Shown: positions 9,909 through 18,846 of the stretch, in pieces
How the letters are laid out: every line of letters starts with the position of its first letter
Numbering within the stretch: position 1 is the stretch's first letter
Origin: an uncultured Gemmatimonadales bacterium
GTDB lineage: Bacteria > Gemmatimonadota > Gemmatimonadetes > Gemmatimonadales > GWC2-71-9
DNA length: 64,000 bases
NCBI GenBank assembly: GCA_963728915.1
Contig: CAVSLV010000002.1
Coordinates: 64,001 to 128,000, forward strand
Reading direction: 5' to 3'
The notes under the pieces: model-generated
What the model saw: the letters and a program-made list of their open reading frames with translations, nothing else
The model's database searches: none
Told to the model about the DNA's origin: nothing
Position numbers and translations under genes: made by a program

Positions 9909-10543
9909 CCCAGGCCCTCCGCCCGCCAGCACAATTCGAGCAGCTCGGCCGGGCTGGTCACCGCGCCGGCGCCAGCGGCTACGCCGGCCTCGGATACGAC
10001 CGGCGCGAAAAGAGGGGTGGTCGCATCCCGCGCCGGGAGTGCCGGCTCGGGTCCGGAGACTTCCAGCGCGGTGAATCCCTCGCGGCCGGGGCGAAGACCG
10101 AGGATCGCGAGCGCGTCGATCGTGTCACCGGTTTTCCTGCGGAACCAGCCATCGAGCGGCTCGGGCGGGCCGTCCTCGAGTACGGCCCAGACCGCGAGGG
10201 GAGGAAGCTGGAGGTAGCGTGAGTTTCCCTCATCGCTCGCCTCGGGCCGGGGCGGCGCCTGGGCCAAAAGCCGGCGAAGCTCCTCGATCGTCAGGGAGCG
10301 TACCGATTCGCCGCTGGCCCAGAACAGGTAGGCGTGATGAAAGAGGGCAGCGACCGTCAGCGTCGCCTCGCCGAACCCGTCCTCGGGACGGAGCGCATGG
10401 AGGACCTCGGCGGCTTCGCGCTCGAGCAACAGCGCGTCGCGGACAGCGGGGTCCTTCCGCCCGGCGGCGAGATCGTCCCGCAACCGCTCGAATCGATCGC
10501 GCAGATCGGCAAACACCAGCTCGAATGGGTTAGGCCGGCTCAT
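9905..10543 (-). CDS. Hypothetical protein
   Basis: ATGA overlaps with both neighbours; protein-like composition from MSRPNPFELVF. Confidence 0.65.
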   Translation of the reverse strand: MSRPNPFELVFADLRDRFERLRDDLAAGRKDPAVRDALLLEREAAEVLHALRPEDGFGEATLTVAALFHHAYLFWASGESVRSLTIEELRRLLAQAPPRPEASDEGNSRYLQLPPLAVWAVLEDGPPEPLDGWFRRKTGDTIDALAILGLRPGREGFTALEVSGPEPALPARDATTPLFAPVVSEAGVAAGAGAVTSPAELLELCWRAEGLG

Positions 10544-11367
10544 GGCTCCCGGGGAAGAAAAGCGTCGAGCGCGCGGGTGAATGCCTCGGGCGCTTCGAGA
10601 TAGGGAACGTGGCCGCAGTCGGGAATCCGCACCAGCGGGGCATGGAGCAGCCCGGCCAGCTCTTCGGCCGTCGCGATCGGGATGGGGTCGTCCTCGCCAT
10701 GGACCACCAGGGCGGGAAGGTTCAGATCGGGGAGGCGGGGCCGGAGGTCGAATGCACCCAGGCTCTCCCACACCTCGTCGTAGGACCGGCCGGTGATCCG
10801 GAACGGGGTGAGCTCCAGGGCTTGCCGCCAGTCGTGGAAATACCCCGCCACCGAGAGCGCGAACATCCGGCGCCGGTAGGCCTCGTCTCCTAACCCGCCT
10901 CGCCCCTCCCGCTGGGTCGCTTCCCGGAAGGCCTGGACCTCCGGAGCCGCGTTCCGCTCGGCCAGCCGCCGCTCGAACTCGGCCCGGGCCCCCCGCCACG
11001 CCGGCGCGCAGGAGACCAGCGCCATCCGCTCGACCCGGCCGGGGTGCTCCAGCGCGTAGAGCAGGGTCAGGAGGCCGCCCCAGGAGTAGCCCGCCAGGGT
11101 CAGCCGTTCGAGCCCCCATAACCCGCGAAGCGCCTCCAGGTCGGCCACCTGCTCCCGCCAGCCGACCGGGACGTCCCGGCCCACCGGCGAGTGTCCCCCG
11201 CCCCGCTGATCGTAGTAGATGAGGGTCCGCCCGGTGGCGAGCGCGTCGAAGCCCGGTAGCAGATAGTCGTGATGGGCGCCGGGACCGCCATGCAGCACCA
11301 CCACCTCCGGCCCGGTTCCCACCCGGCGCTCGTAGAGGGGTACCCCGCGCACCTCGCGAACGGTCAC
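10540..11367 (-). CDS. Alpha/beta hydrolase (proline iminopeptidase-like)
   Basis: LHGGPG, YDQRGGGHS, GYSWGG nucleophile elbow, HGEDD, CGHVP. Confidence 0.9.
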   Translation of the reverse strand: MTVREVRGVPLYERRVGTGPEVVVLHGGPGAHHDYLLPGFDALATGRTLIYYDQRGGGHSPVGRDVPVGWREQVADLEALRGLWGLERLTLAGYSWGGLLTLLYALEHPGRVERMALVSCAPAWRGARAEFERRLAERNAAPEVQAFREATQREGRGGLGDEAYRRRMFALSVAGYFHDWRQALELTPFRITGRSYDEVWESLGAFDLRPRLPDLNLPALVVHGEDDPIPIATAEELAGLLHAPLVRIPDCGHVPYLEAPEAFTRALDAFLPREP

Positions 11368-11819
11368 AGCAGTACGGCGAGCGCGTCCGCCACCTTGCGA
11401 GCCTCGGCTTCCTCCTCCTTGGTGAACGGGTCCGGCACATCACTGTCCACGTCGATCTGTCCCAGGATGGTTTCGCCCAGGCGGATCAGAACCACCAGCT
11501 CGGAACGGGTGAACCGGTTGCAGGCGAGGTAGTGCGCCGCGGCCCGGACGTCGCCCACGTTCTGATCCTCGCCGGTCGCCACCGCCCGCCCGCACACCCC
11601 GGTGCCGACCGGAATCCGGGTGTGCTCGGTGTCCCTCCCGCTCCAGGCTTCGAGCTCCAGCATCTCACCGTGCAGCATGTAGAGGTACACCGAGGTGTAG
11701 GGGGCGCCCGCCGCGCGGATCCGGTCCGCCGCAAGCTGCAGCAGCCCCTGCCGGGACTCTCCCCGGGCAAACGCCCCGCGGAGCGCGGCAGCAATCGCCT
11801 CGGCATGAAGGACCGGCAT
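11364..11819 (-). CDS. GAF-domain protein, free methionine-R-sulfoxide reductase-like
   Basis: RIPVGTGVCG, VGDV...YLAC, SELVV, GQIDVDS. Confidence 0.8.
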   Translation of the reverse strand: MPVLHAEAIAAALRGAFARGESRQGLLQLAADRIRAAGAPYTSVYLYMLHGEMLELEAWSGRDTEHTRIPVGTGVCGRAVATGEDQNVGDVRAAAHYLACNRFTRSELVVLIRLGETILGQIDVDSDVPDPFTKEEEAEARKVADALAVLL

Positions 11820-12331
11820 CAGGGAGGACAGCCTTCCCGGTGACGGGTATCGGCGAGGTCGATGATCTTCCATCCTTCCGCGGTGCGCACCAGGTGGAAC
11901 AGGTCCACACCGCAGTGACTCAGCCGGTCGTCGATGTAGAAGCTGTATTCGGCCCAGACCGAAGCGAGCCCCGCATCCACGTGCACCACCGGGTTACGAA
12001 GCCGCTCGTCGAGGAAGTTGGCTTTGGCGTTCGCAATGCCGGCCAGCCACTGGGTGGGAGAGACCAGTCCCACCGTGGGCACGCTGTCCCGCATGCCGGT
12101 CGTGACCAGCCGGGCCTCGGGGTGCATGGTCCCCCGCATCTTGGTGCTGTCCTTCTCGCGCATGCCGTCGAAGAGCTGTCGAACCACCGCGAAGACTTGC
12201 TGTTGGGCATCGCTCATCGGGCTCGCCACTTGGCGCTCCTGCGCGGGCTGAGCGAGGCGCTGCTGGGAATACGCCTGACCGACCGGCGCAGCGAGCAACG
12301 CCGCGCTCATCGTGAGCCACTGGTATCTCAT
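11819..12331 (-). CDS. Secreted NTF2/SnoaL-like protein
   Basis: Signal peptide; ASVWAEYSFY..SHCGVDLFHLVRTAEGWKIIDLADT. Confidence 0.8.
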   Translation of the reverse strand: MRYQWLTMSAALLAAPVGQAYSQQRLAQPAQERQVASPMSDAQQQVFAVVRQLFDGMREKDSTKMRGTMHPEARLVTTGMRDSVPTVGLVSPTQWLAGIANAKANFLDERLRNPVVHVDAGLASVWAEYSFYIDDRLSHCGVDLFHLVRTAEGWKIIDLADTRHREGCPP

Positions 12332-12344
12332 CCTGTCTCCTCGC

Positions 12345-12371
12345 AAAAAGGGCGGCCGTCCCAGGCCGCCC
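12345..12371 (-). terminator. Intrinsic terminator-like hairpin
   Basis: Minus strand GGGCGGCC-TGGGAC-GGCCGCCC-TTTTT, 32 nt after the TM2 gene stop. Confidence 0.65.
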
Positions 12372-12403
12372 CGCGTCAGGTACTCCGGGACGCCGAATTG
12401 TAG

Positions 12404-12787
12404 TCAGGGACCGGCGCCGGAAGCGGGAGTCCGCCGGTCCGGATCGGACAGGAGCCGCTCGGTGAAGTCCACCCGCTCGGAGAGGTCGCTCACCTCGCGC
12501 CGCAACGCCTCGACTTCTTCCAGCAGCTCGCCGGGAACTCCCCCGGTCAGGGCCACCGCATCTCCCGGGTCCCAGTGCCGGATCTTTCGGCCTTCCTCAT
12601 CGCGGAACTCACCGGCCGCGATCAGGATCAGGTCGTAGAGCCACCAGAGGCCCAGTCCGCCAAGGGTACAGAGCTGGAGCAGTCCGGTTCCGATCTTTCC
12701 CGCGTAGAAGCGGTGCGCCCCGAAAACCCCGAGGGGGATGCAGAGGGCGAGCGCGACGCCGCGGGATTTATCCGAGGGGGGATTCAT
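12404..12787 (-). CDS. TM2-domain membrane protein with C-terminal coiled coil
   Basis: KSRGVALALCIPLGVFGAHRFYAGKIGTG...GGLGLWWLYD. Confidence 0.85.
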   Translation of the reverse strand: MNPPSDKSRGVALALCIPLGVFGAHRFYAGKIGTGLLQLCTLGGLGLWWLYDLILIAAGEFRDEEGRKIRHWDPGDAVALTGGVPGELLEEVEALRREVSDLSERVDFTERLLSDPDRRTPASGAGP

Positions 12788-12793
12788 GATTGA

Positions 12794-14257
12794 TCAGAAG
12801 GTATCGCCGGAGCCGCCGCCCGTCACTTCCCGGCCGATCGCGACGGTCTGTTCCAGGAACAGGTCGAGGTCCGTGGTCACGGTGCGGTGATTGGTGATCG
12901 CGACCCGGATTCCGAACCTGCCGTCGAGGCGCGTCGCCGAGGGAACCGCGATCCCGCGCTCCTGCATCCGCATCAGAATCTCCTCATTGACCGAGTCGAG
13001 CGATTCACCAGGCCCCCGGCAATACCGGAGGCAGACGATGTTGAGGGGAACCGGGGCCAGCAGCTCGACCTCGGCGTGGCGATGGACCAGCCCGGCCAGG
13101 TGTTTCGCCTGGGCCACGTTCTGTTCGATCAGCCGGGCGAACTTCGCGATGCCGTGTTCCTTGAGCAGCATCCAGACCTTCAACCCGCGGAATTCGCGGG
13201 AAAGCTCGGGGCTGAGCGACCCGGGATCGTGGTCGATCGGGGCCGCGCCGCGCGGCAGCCGGGCCAGATAGCTCGCCTGGACCGCGAAGGGACGGCGATG
13301 GGCTTCCGGATCGCGGACCAGCACCGCGCCCACATCGTAGGGCATGGAGAGCCACTTGTGGAGATCGAAGGCGATCGAATCGGCGCGCTCCATGCCGGCG
13401 ACCAGCGGCTTGAGCTTCTCCGAAAGCGCGGCCAGCGCGCCGAACGCGCCATCGACATGGAGCCACAAGCCCTCCCGCCGGCAGAGATCGGCCAGCGCGG
13501 ACAGATCATCGATGGCACCGGTGTTCACGGTACCGGCATTCCCCACCACGCAGGCCGGCTTCCGGCCCGCGGCGCGATCGGCCGCGATGGCCGCCTCGAG
13601 CGCGGCAAGGTCGATCCGGAAGTCCGGGGCGACCGGGATCCGGCGCAACCCGTCCCGGCCCATGCCGAGGAGCCGGATGGCCTTGTCCACCGAGTTGTGG
13701 GTCTCGGTCGAGGCGTAGAAGACCGGGGCCTGTGCCGCTCCTCCTAACCCGCGCTCCGTGATCGAGGGATCGGCCCCGTCGCGCGCCGCGGCGAGCGCCA
13801 CCAGGTTCGCCACCGACCCGCCGGTCACCAGCACCCCGCTCGACTCGGCCGGGAACCCCAGCATGGCCTTGCACCAGGACAGCACCTGCTCCTCGACATA
13901 TGGGGCGATCTGGTTTCCGCCGCCGGCATTGGTGTTGATTACCGCGGTGGCGAGCTCGGCCAGCGCTCCGCTGGGCGAGCCGGTGCCATTCACCCAACCC
14001 CAGAACCGGGGATGCACGTTTCCCCACGGATAGGGCAGCACCAGCCGATGAAAGTCGTCCCATACCGCGGCCAGCCCCTCGCCCCTGATGGGCAGATCGG
14101 CCCGAAGCGCTTCACGCACTTCGGGAGGAGGCGGCTGCCAGGCCGGCCGGTCTCGCAGTGTGCTGAGCCAGTCGAGCAGGTCGTCGAGCACCTGGTGTCC
14201 GTGGGCCCGGAGTTCGTCCCAGGAGGCCGGGTCCAGGTTCTCTTCGGGTCGGGCCAT
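12794..14257 (-). CDS. Group II PLP-dependent amino acid decarboxylase
   Basis: HPRFWGWV, GGSVAN, AGTVNTGAID, LHVDGAFG, ADSIAFDLHKW (PLP lysine). Confidence 0.92.
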   Translation of the reverse strand: MARPEENLDPASWDELRAHGHQVLDDLLDWLSTLRDRPAWQPPPPEVREALRADLPIRGEGLAAVWDDFHRLVLPYPWGNVHPRFWGWVNGTGSPSGALAELATAVINTNAGGGNQIAPYVEEQVLSWCKAMLGFPAESSGVLVTGGSVANLVALAAARDGADPSITERGLGGAAQAPVFYASTETHNSVDKAIRLLGMGRDGLRRIPVAPDFRIDLAALEAAIAADRAAGRKPACVVGNAGTVNTGAIDDLSALADLCRREGLWLHVDGAFGALAALSEKLKPLVAGMERADSIAFDLHKWLSMPYDVGAVLVRDPEAHRRPFAVQASYLARLPRGAAPIDHDPGSLSPELSREFRGLKVWMLLKEHGIAKFARLIEQNVAQAKHLAGLVHRHAEVELLAPVPLNIVCLRYCRGPGESLDSVNEEILMRMQERGIAVPSATRLDGRFGIRVAITNHRTVTTDLDLFLEQTVAIGREVTGGGSGDTF

Positions 14258-14304
14258 GTCCCCTCCTCTTGCGGTCCCCGCGCGGGACGAGGAAGATACC
14301 TGCC

Positions 14305-15840
14305 ATGATCCTCCACATTGCGTTGCTCGCGCTCGCCGCCCAGGCGCCGGATACCGGGTTCCGGGCCCGGATCGATCAATGGCGCGCCACCCGGGAATCC
14401 GCGATCGTCGCTGAGCTGACCGAACTGCTCTCGGTGCCCAACCTCGCGTCCGACTCGGTGAACATTCGCCGGAACGCCGCGCTCATCATGCGGCTGCTTC
14501 AGAAACGCGGCGCCAGAGCGCAGCTCCTCGAAGCGCCGGGATCACCCCCGGCGGTGTACGGCGAGCTGCTGGTTCCCGGGGCCACCCGCACGGTGGTCTT
14601 CTACGCCCACTACGACGGTCAGCCGGTCGACCCCGCACGGTGGGTTTCTCCGCCGTGGCAGGTCACCCTGCGGGACGGGCCGCTTGGCGCCGGGCAACAG
14701 TCCAGGGTGCTTTCCCTGCCCGCCGAGGGAGGGCATTTCGATCCTGAGTGGAGACTCTTTGCCCGCTCGGCGAGCGACGACAAATCGCCCATCATCGCCA
14801 TGCTCACCGGTCTCGATGCGCTCAAGGACCTCGGCATCCAGCGTTCGGTCAACCTCAAGTTCTTTTTCGAGGGAGAAGAAGAAGCGGGATCGGGGCACAT
14901 CCACGACATGCTGAGCCGGCACCGCGATCTTCTCAAGGCGGACCTCTGGCTCTTCTGCGATGGTCCGGTGCACCAGAGCAGGAGACCGGTCATCGCGTTT
15001 GGCGTTCGGGGGGTGATGGGCGTGAATCTCACCATCTACGGGCCGCTCCGGCCCCTGCACAGCGGCCACTACGGCAACTGGGCGCCCAATCCCAACGTGA
15101 TGATGGCGCACCTGCTCGCTTCGCTCCGCGACGAAGAGGGCCGGATCCTGATCGACCACTTCTATGACGACGTGCGGCCCTTTTCCGAAGCGCAAAAGCG
15201 GGCGCTCGCGGCGATGCCCCGGATGGATGATCAGCTGGCGGCGGAGCTCGAGCTGGGCCGGAGCGAAGGGAATGGGGCGCCGCTGGTCGAGCTGGTCTCC
15301 CGCCCGGCGCTCAATGTGAGCGGACTCTCCGGCGGCCAAACCGGCGCCCGCTCGGCCAACGTCATCGTCCCCGAGTCCAGCGCGTATCTCGACTTCCGGC
15401 TGGTGCCGGATCAGAAGCCCGAACGGATTCGCGCGATGCTGGAAGCGCACTTCCACAAGCTGGGCTATTACGTGGTGCACGAGGACCCGGACAGCGCCAC
15501 CCGAAGGGCTCACGCCAGAATCGTGAAAATGACGGGCGACGGCGGTTATCCCGCTACCGCCACCGCGCTCGACCTGCCGGTATCACGCGCCGTGGTTCAC
15601 GCCGCCGAGCAGGCGCTGGGCGAATCGGTGATCGTGGTCCCGCCACTCGGGGGGAGCCTGCCACTCTCCTCCTTCGAGGAAGTCCTCGGCGCCCCGCTCA
15701 TCATGACGCCGATGGTCAACCACGACAACAACCAGCATGCGGAGAACGAGAACCTGCGAATCAGGAACCTGTGGGACGGGATCGTGCTCTACGCGGGGTT
15801 GATTGCGAAGATCGGGAACCAGTGGAAGGTGATGCCCTAG
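14305..15840 (+). CDS. Secreted M20-family metallopeptidase
   Basis: Signal peptide; YAHYDGQP, RSASDDK, FEGEEE, LHSGHYGN, NQHAENEN. Confidence 0.9.
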   Translation: MILHIALLALAAQAPDTGFRARIDQWRATRESAIVAELTELLSVPNLASDSVNIRRNAALIMRLLQKRGARAQLLEAPGSPPAVYGELLVPGATRTVVFYAHYDGQPVDPARWVSPPWQVTLRDGPLGAGQQSRVLSLPAEGGHFDPEWRLFARSASDDKSPIIAMLTGLDALKDLGIQRSVNLKFFFEGEEEAGSGHIHDMLSRHRDLLKADLWLFCDGPVHQSRRPVIAFGVRGVMGVNLTIYGPLRPLHSGHYGNWAPNPNVMMAHLLASLRDEEGRILIDHFYDDVRPFSEAQKRALAAMPRMDDQLAAELELGRSEGNGAPLVELVSRPALNVSGLSGGQTGARSANVIVPESSAYLDFRLVPDQKPERIRAMLEAHFHKLGYYVVHEDPDSATRRAHARIVKMTGDGGYPATATALDLPVSRAVVHAAEQALGESVIVVPPLGGSLPLSSFEEVLGAPLIMTPMVNHDNNQHAENENLRIRNLWDGIVLYAGLIAKIGNQWKVMP

Positions 15841-16382
15841 GCGCTGCCTCCCGAGGGATGGCCGGGCCAGGAGGCGCGGGGAGTCCCTGCGTCCATGCGG
15901 TAGAAGCCGAGGTCCCGGGCCGAACGCAGCTTGGCGATGTAGAGAATCTGGCCGGTATGCATCGCGAAGTGTTCCACCACGTGGTAGATCGCTTCCATCA
16001 CCGTGACATCGCGGCCCTGGATCTGGCGGGTTTCGTGGAGCGCGGCCGGGCTGGTGCCCGCCAGCACCTGATCCACCTCCTGCACCGCGCTGGTGAGGGT
16101 CGCGAGCAGCTCCTCGCGTGACGGTCCCTCGCGCGCCACGAACTCGGCGGGCCGGTCCCGATGATCGGAAGCGCCCCCGACGCCGCTCACGATCCACTGC
16201 CGGATGTTGCCGGCCAGGTGGAGGATCAGGTTGCCGATCGCATTGGACGCCGGGTTAGGCCGCCACCAGAGATCCTCCTCGGCGAGCCCGTCGAGGGCGG
16301 CCCGGACTTTGGGCAGATAATGGGCGGTGAAGTACTCCCGCGATTGGGCGAGAAACGCGGCTCCGGTTTCCATCCTGGTCAC
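15837..16382 (-). CDS. DinB/DUF1572-family protein
   Basis: SNAIGNLILHLAGNIRQW, RDRPAEF, HVVEHFAMHTGQI. Confidence 0.85.
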   Translation of the reverse strand: MTRMETGAAFLAQSREYFTAHYLPKVRAALDGLAEEDLWWRPNPASNAIGNLILHLAGNIRQWIVSGVGGASDHRDRPAEFVAREGPSREELLATLTSAVQEVDQVLAGTSPAALHETRQIQGRDVTVMEAIYHVVEHFAMHTGQILYIAKLRSARDLGFYRMDAGTPRASWPGHPSGGSA

Positions 16383-17074
16383 TCCTTCCCTATGACCGCG
16401 TCGAGCAGCAGCGGATAGACCGTGGCGTCAACCCGGTCGTCGGCGAGCGCGGCCGCGTCGTCCGACCAGTGCCGGTGCACCATCGCCCACCCGAGGGTTT
16501 CCACCACGAAATGGGCGACCACCAGCGGCTCGGCCCGTCGCGGAATCGCCTGGTCCTGCATTCTCCGGCCAAGATAGTCCGCGATCCGCCGGACTCCGCC
16601 TCGCCAGAACCGCCGGTAGAAGACCTGGCCGAGATCGGGCCAGTCGGCCGCGGAGCGCTCGATCAGCTTGATCGCCTTCCGATACCGGCTGAGCCAGCCG
16701 CCGAGCTCCTGGAAAATGCCGCTCACTTCCTCGTGGATCGAGTCGGGAGCGGGGGAATCAATCGCGACCCAGAGCAGGGGGAAGTGAGCCGCGTTCTGAA
16801 TCGAGCTCCACGCATGATCGGCGATTGCGCCTCTTGCCGGATTGGGGTGCGGTAGCGGGATATCCCAGATGGTGGGATCCTCGAGCGAGCGCCGCAGGGC
16901 CAGATCGAAGAGAGCTTCCTTGCTTTCGGCGTAGAGATAGATGGTGCCGGGACCGACCCTGGCCAGGTGGGCGATGGTGCTGACCCGTGCCTTGGTGAAG
17001 CCCTGCTGGATGAAGACATCGGTAGCGGCGTCAGCGATGTCGTCGAGGCGTCTTGGGGCCTTGCGTCTGGGCAT
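16379..17074 (-). CDS. TetR/AcrR-family transcriptional regulator
   Basis: N-terminal HTH AATDVFIQQGF...IAHLARVGPGTIYLYAESKEALF. Confidence 0.9.
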   Translation of the reverse strand: MPRRKAPRRLDDIADAATDVFIQQGFTKARVSTIAHLARVGPGTIYLYAESKEALFDLALRRSLEDPTIWDIPLPHPNPARGAIADHAWSSIQNAAHFPLLWVAIDSPAPDSIHEEVSGIFQELGGWLSRYRKAIKLIERSAADWPDLGQVFYRRFWRGGVRRIADYLGRRMQDQAIPRRAEPLVVAHFVVETLGWAMVHRHWSDDAAALADDRVDATVYPLLLDAVIGKE

Positions 17075-17107
17075 TATTAATAATAGATGGTTCAGTTATT
17101 TTGTAAA
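17073..17107 (-). promoter_or_regulatory. Sigma70-like promoter (TTTACA-N16-TATTAT) with overlapping palindromic operator
   Basis: AT-rich island; -10 lies 5 nt before the tetR ATG; palindrome ATTATTAATAAT at 17073-17084. Confidence 0.55.
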
Positions 17108-17241
17108 GCGATGGCCAAGTAATTGTCGCCGGTATCAAAGACACTTCCTGTCATTCGTCTCCATAGTTAACCTAAGAATGAGCGCGACGGCGCCATCCCG
17201 GCGTCGTCGCGCCGTTCGTCCAAGGTCCAGGGAGTTCTTCC

Positions 17242-18831
17242 ATGCAAATCAGGAAGGTGGCGGTCTGGTCCGCCCTGCTCGCGTTGCCGCTGCTCGGCGG
17301 AGCCTTCATTCTGGAAAGTCAGCAGGGGGCCGACGGCGCCCGGCTGTTTACCCAGGTCCTCCAGCGGATCCAGGAGAATGCGGTCGATTCGCTGAGCCGG
17401 AACGCCATCTATGAGAAGGCGGCCCGGGGCCTGGTGAAGAACCTCCAGGATCCCTACGCCGACCTGTATTCGCCCGAGGAGCTGGCCTCGTTCCAGCGCA
17501 ATACCCTCCGGAACGATTACGCCGGCCTCGGCATGTCGATCCGCCAGCAGGACGACCAGGTCGTCATCGAACAGGTGTTCCCTAACACGCCGGCCGCGGC
17601 CGGCGGGCTGATCCCCGGCGACCACATCATCCTGATCGACAGCACCTCGACCATCGGCTGGCGCACCCAGCAGGTCTCCGAGCGGCTGATCGGCAAATCG
17701 GGAACCTCGGTTGAGCTCACCGTGCGGCGGCCCGGAGTGCCCCAGCCGATCCACGGGAAATTCGTGCGGGCCAACATCCGGGTGCCAGCGGTCCCCTATA
17801 CCCTGGTCCTCGAGAACAACGTCGGCTACATCCCGCTTCAGGCCTTCAACAACTCGGCCTCCGATGACATGGCCCGGGCGCTGACCGACCTCCGCAGCAA
17901 GGGCGCCAGGTCCTACGTCATCGACCTGCGGGGCAACGGGGGCGGAGCCCTGGATCAGGCGCTCGACATCAGCAACCTCTTCCTCAAGACCGGCCAGGAG
18001 ATCGCGAGCGTGCGGCACCGCGGCCGGCAGCCCGAGATCTACAACGCCAACCGGCCCGCGCCGCTGGTGGATTCGATGCCGGTGATCGTCCTGGTGGACG
18101 GGGCCACCGCCTCGGCCTCCGAGATCGTCGCGGGCTCGCTGCAGGACCACGACCGCGCCCTGGTGGTCGGCACCACTTCGTACGGCAAGGGCCTGGTCCA
18201 GACCCTCTTTCAGCTCGACGGGGGCTGGGCCATCAAGCTCACCACCGGCAAGTGGTACACGCCGAGCGGCCGGTCGATCCAGGCCGAGCACGACCGGCTG
18301 GAGGACGAGCGATTCGTGGAATACGCCGATTCCGGGAAGGGCGCCGAAGCCCGGGTGCGGCCCCAGTTCAAGTCCGACGCGGGCCGGGTGATCCTGGGCG
18401 GCGGCGGCATCACCCCGGACCTGGTGATGGAGCCGGATACCACCAGCCTTGCCGAGCGGGAGCTGGGCAAGGCGGTGGCGCCTACCCTGCCGGCCTGGTT
18501 CGCCACGATCGCGGGTTATGCGCAGGACATGAAGCCCACCCTGCGGGCCGACTTCCGGGTGACCCCCGCGATCCGCGACGAGTTCTTCAGCCGGTTGCTC
18601 ACCGCCAAGGTCAACGTGACCCGGGCGCAGTTCGATGCGGCCCAGACCGCGATCGACCGGCTGCTGGAGCTGGAGTTCACCAAATGGGCATTCGGAGATT
18701 CCGCCAAGCTGCGGCGAAGCGTCCCGACCGACGAGCAGCTCACCGAAGCGCTGGCCCTGCTCAAGCGGACCAGCTCCCAGCGTCAGTTGCTCGCGATGGT
18801 CGAGGCGGAGGTCAAGCGGAAGCAGCAGTAG
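17242..18831 (+). CDS. ctpA: S41 C-terminal processing protease with PDZ domain
   Basis: GLGM (PDZ), VIDLRGNGGG, TASASEIVAGSLQD, TSYGKG, WYTPSGRSI. Confidence 0.92.
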   Translation: MQIRKVAVWSALLALPLLGGAFILESQQGADGARLFTQVLQRIQENAVDSLSRNAIYEKAARGLVKNLQDPYADLYSPEELASFQRNTLRNDYAGLGMSIRQQDDQVVIEQVFPNTPAAAGGLIPGDHIILIDSTSTIGWRTQQVSERLIGKSGTSVELTVRRPGVPQPIHGKFVRANIRVPAVPYTLVLENNVGYIPLQAFNNSASDDMARALTDLRSKGARSYVIDLRGNGGGALDQALDISNLFLKTGQEIASVRHRGRQPEIYNANRPAPLVDSMPVIVLVDGATASASEIVAGSLQDHDRALVVGTTSYGKGLVQTLFQLDGGWAIKLTTGKWYTPSGRSIQAEHDRLEDERFVEYADSGKGAEARVRPQFKSDAGRVILGGGGITPDLVMEPDTTSLAERELGKAVAPTLPAWFATIAGYAQDMKPTLRADFRVTPAIRDEFFSRLLTAKVNVTRAQFDAAQTAIDRLLELEFTKWAFGDSAKLRRSVPTDEQLTEALALLKRTSSQRQLLAMVEAEVKRKQQ

Positions 18832-18846
18832 TGCCCGGGCGGGCGC

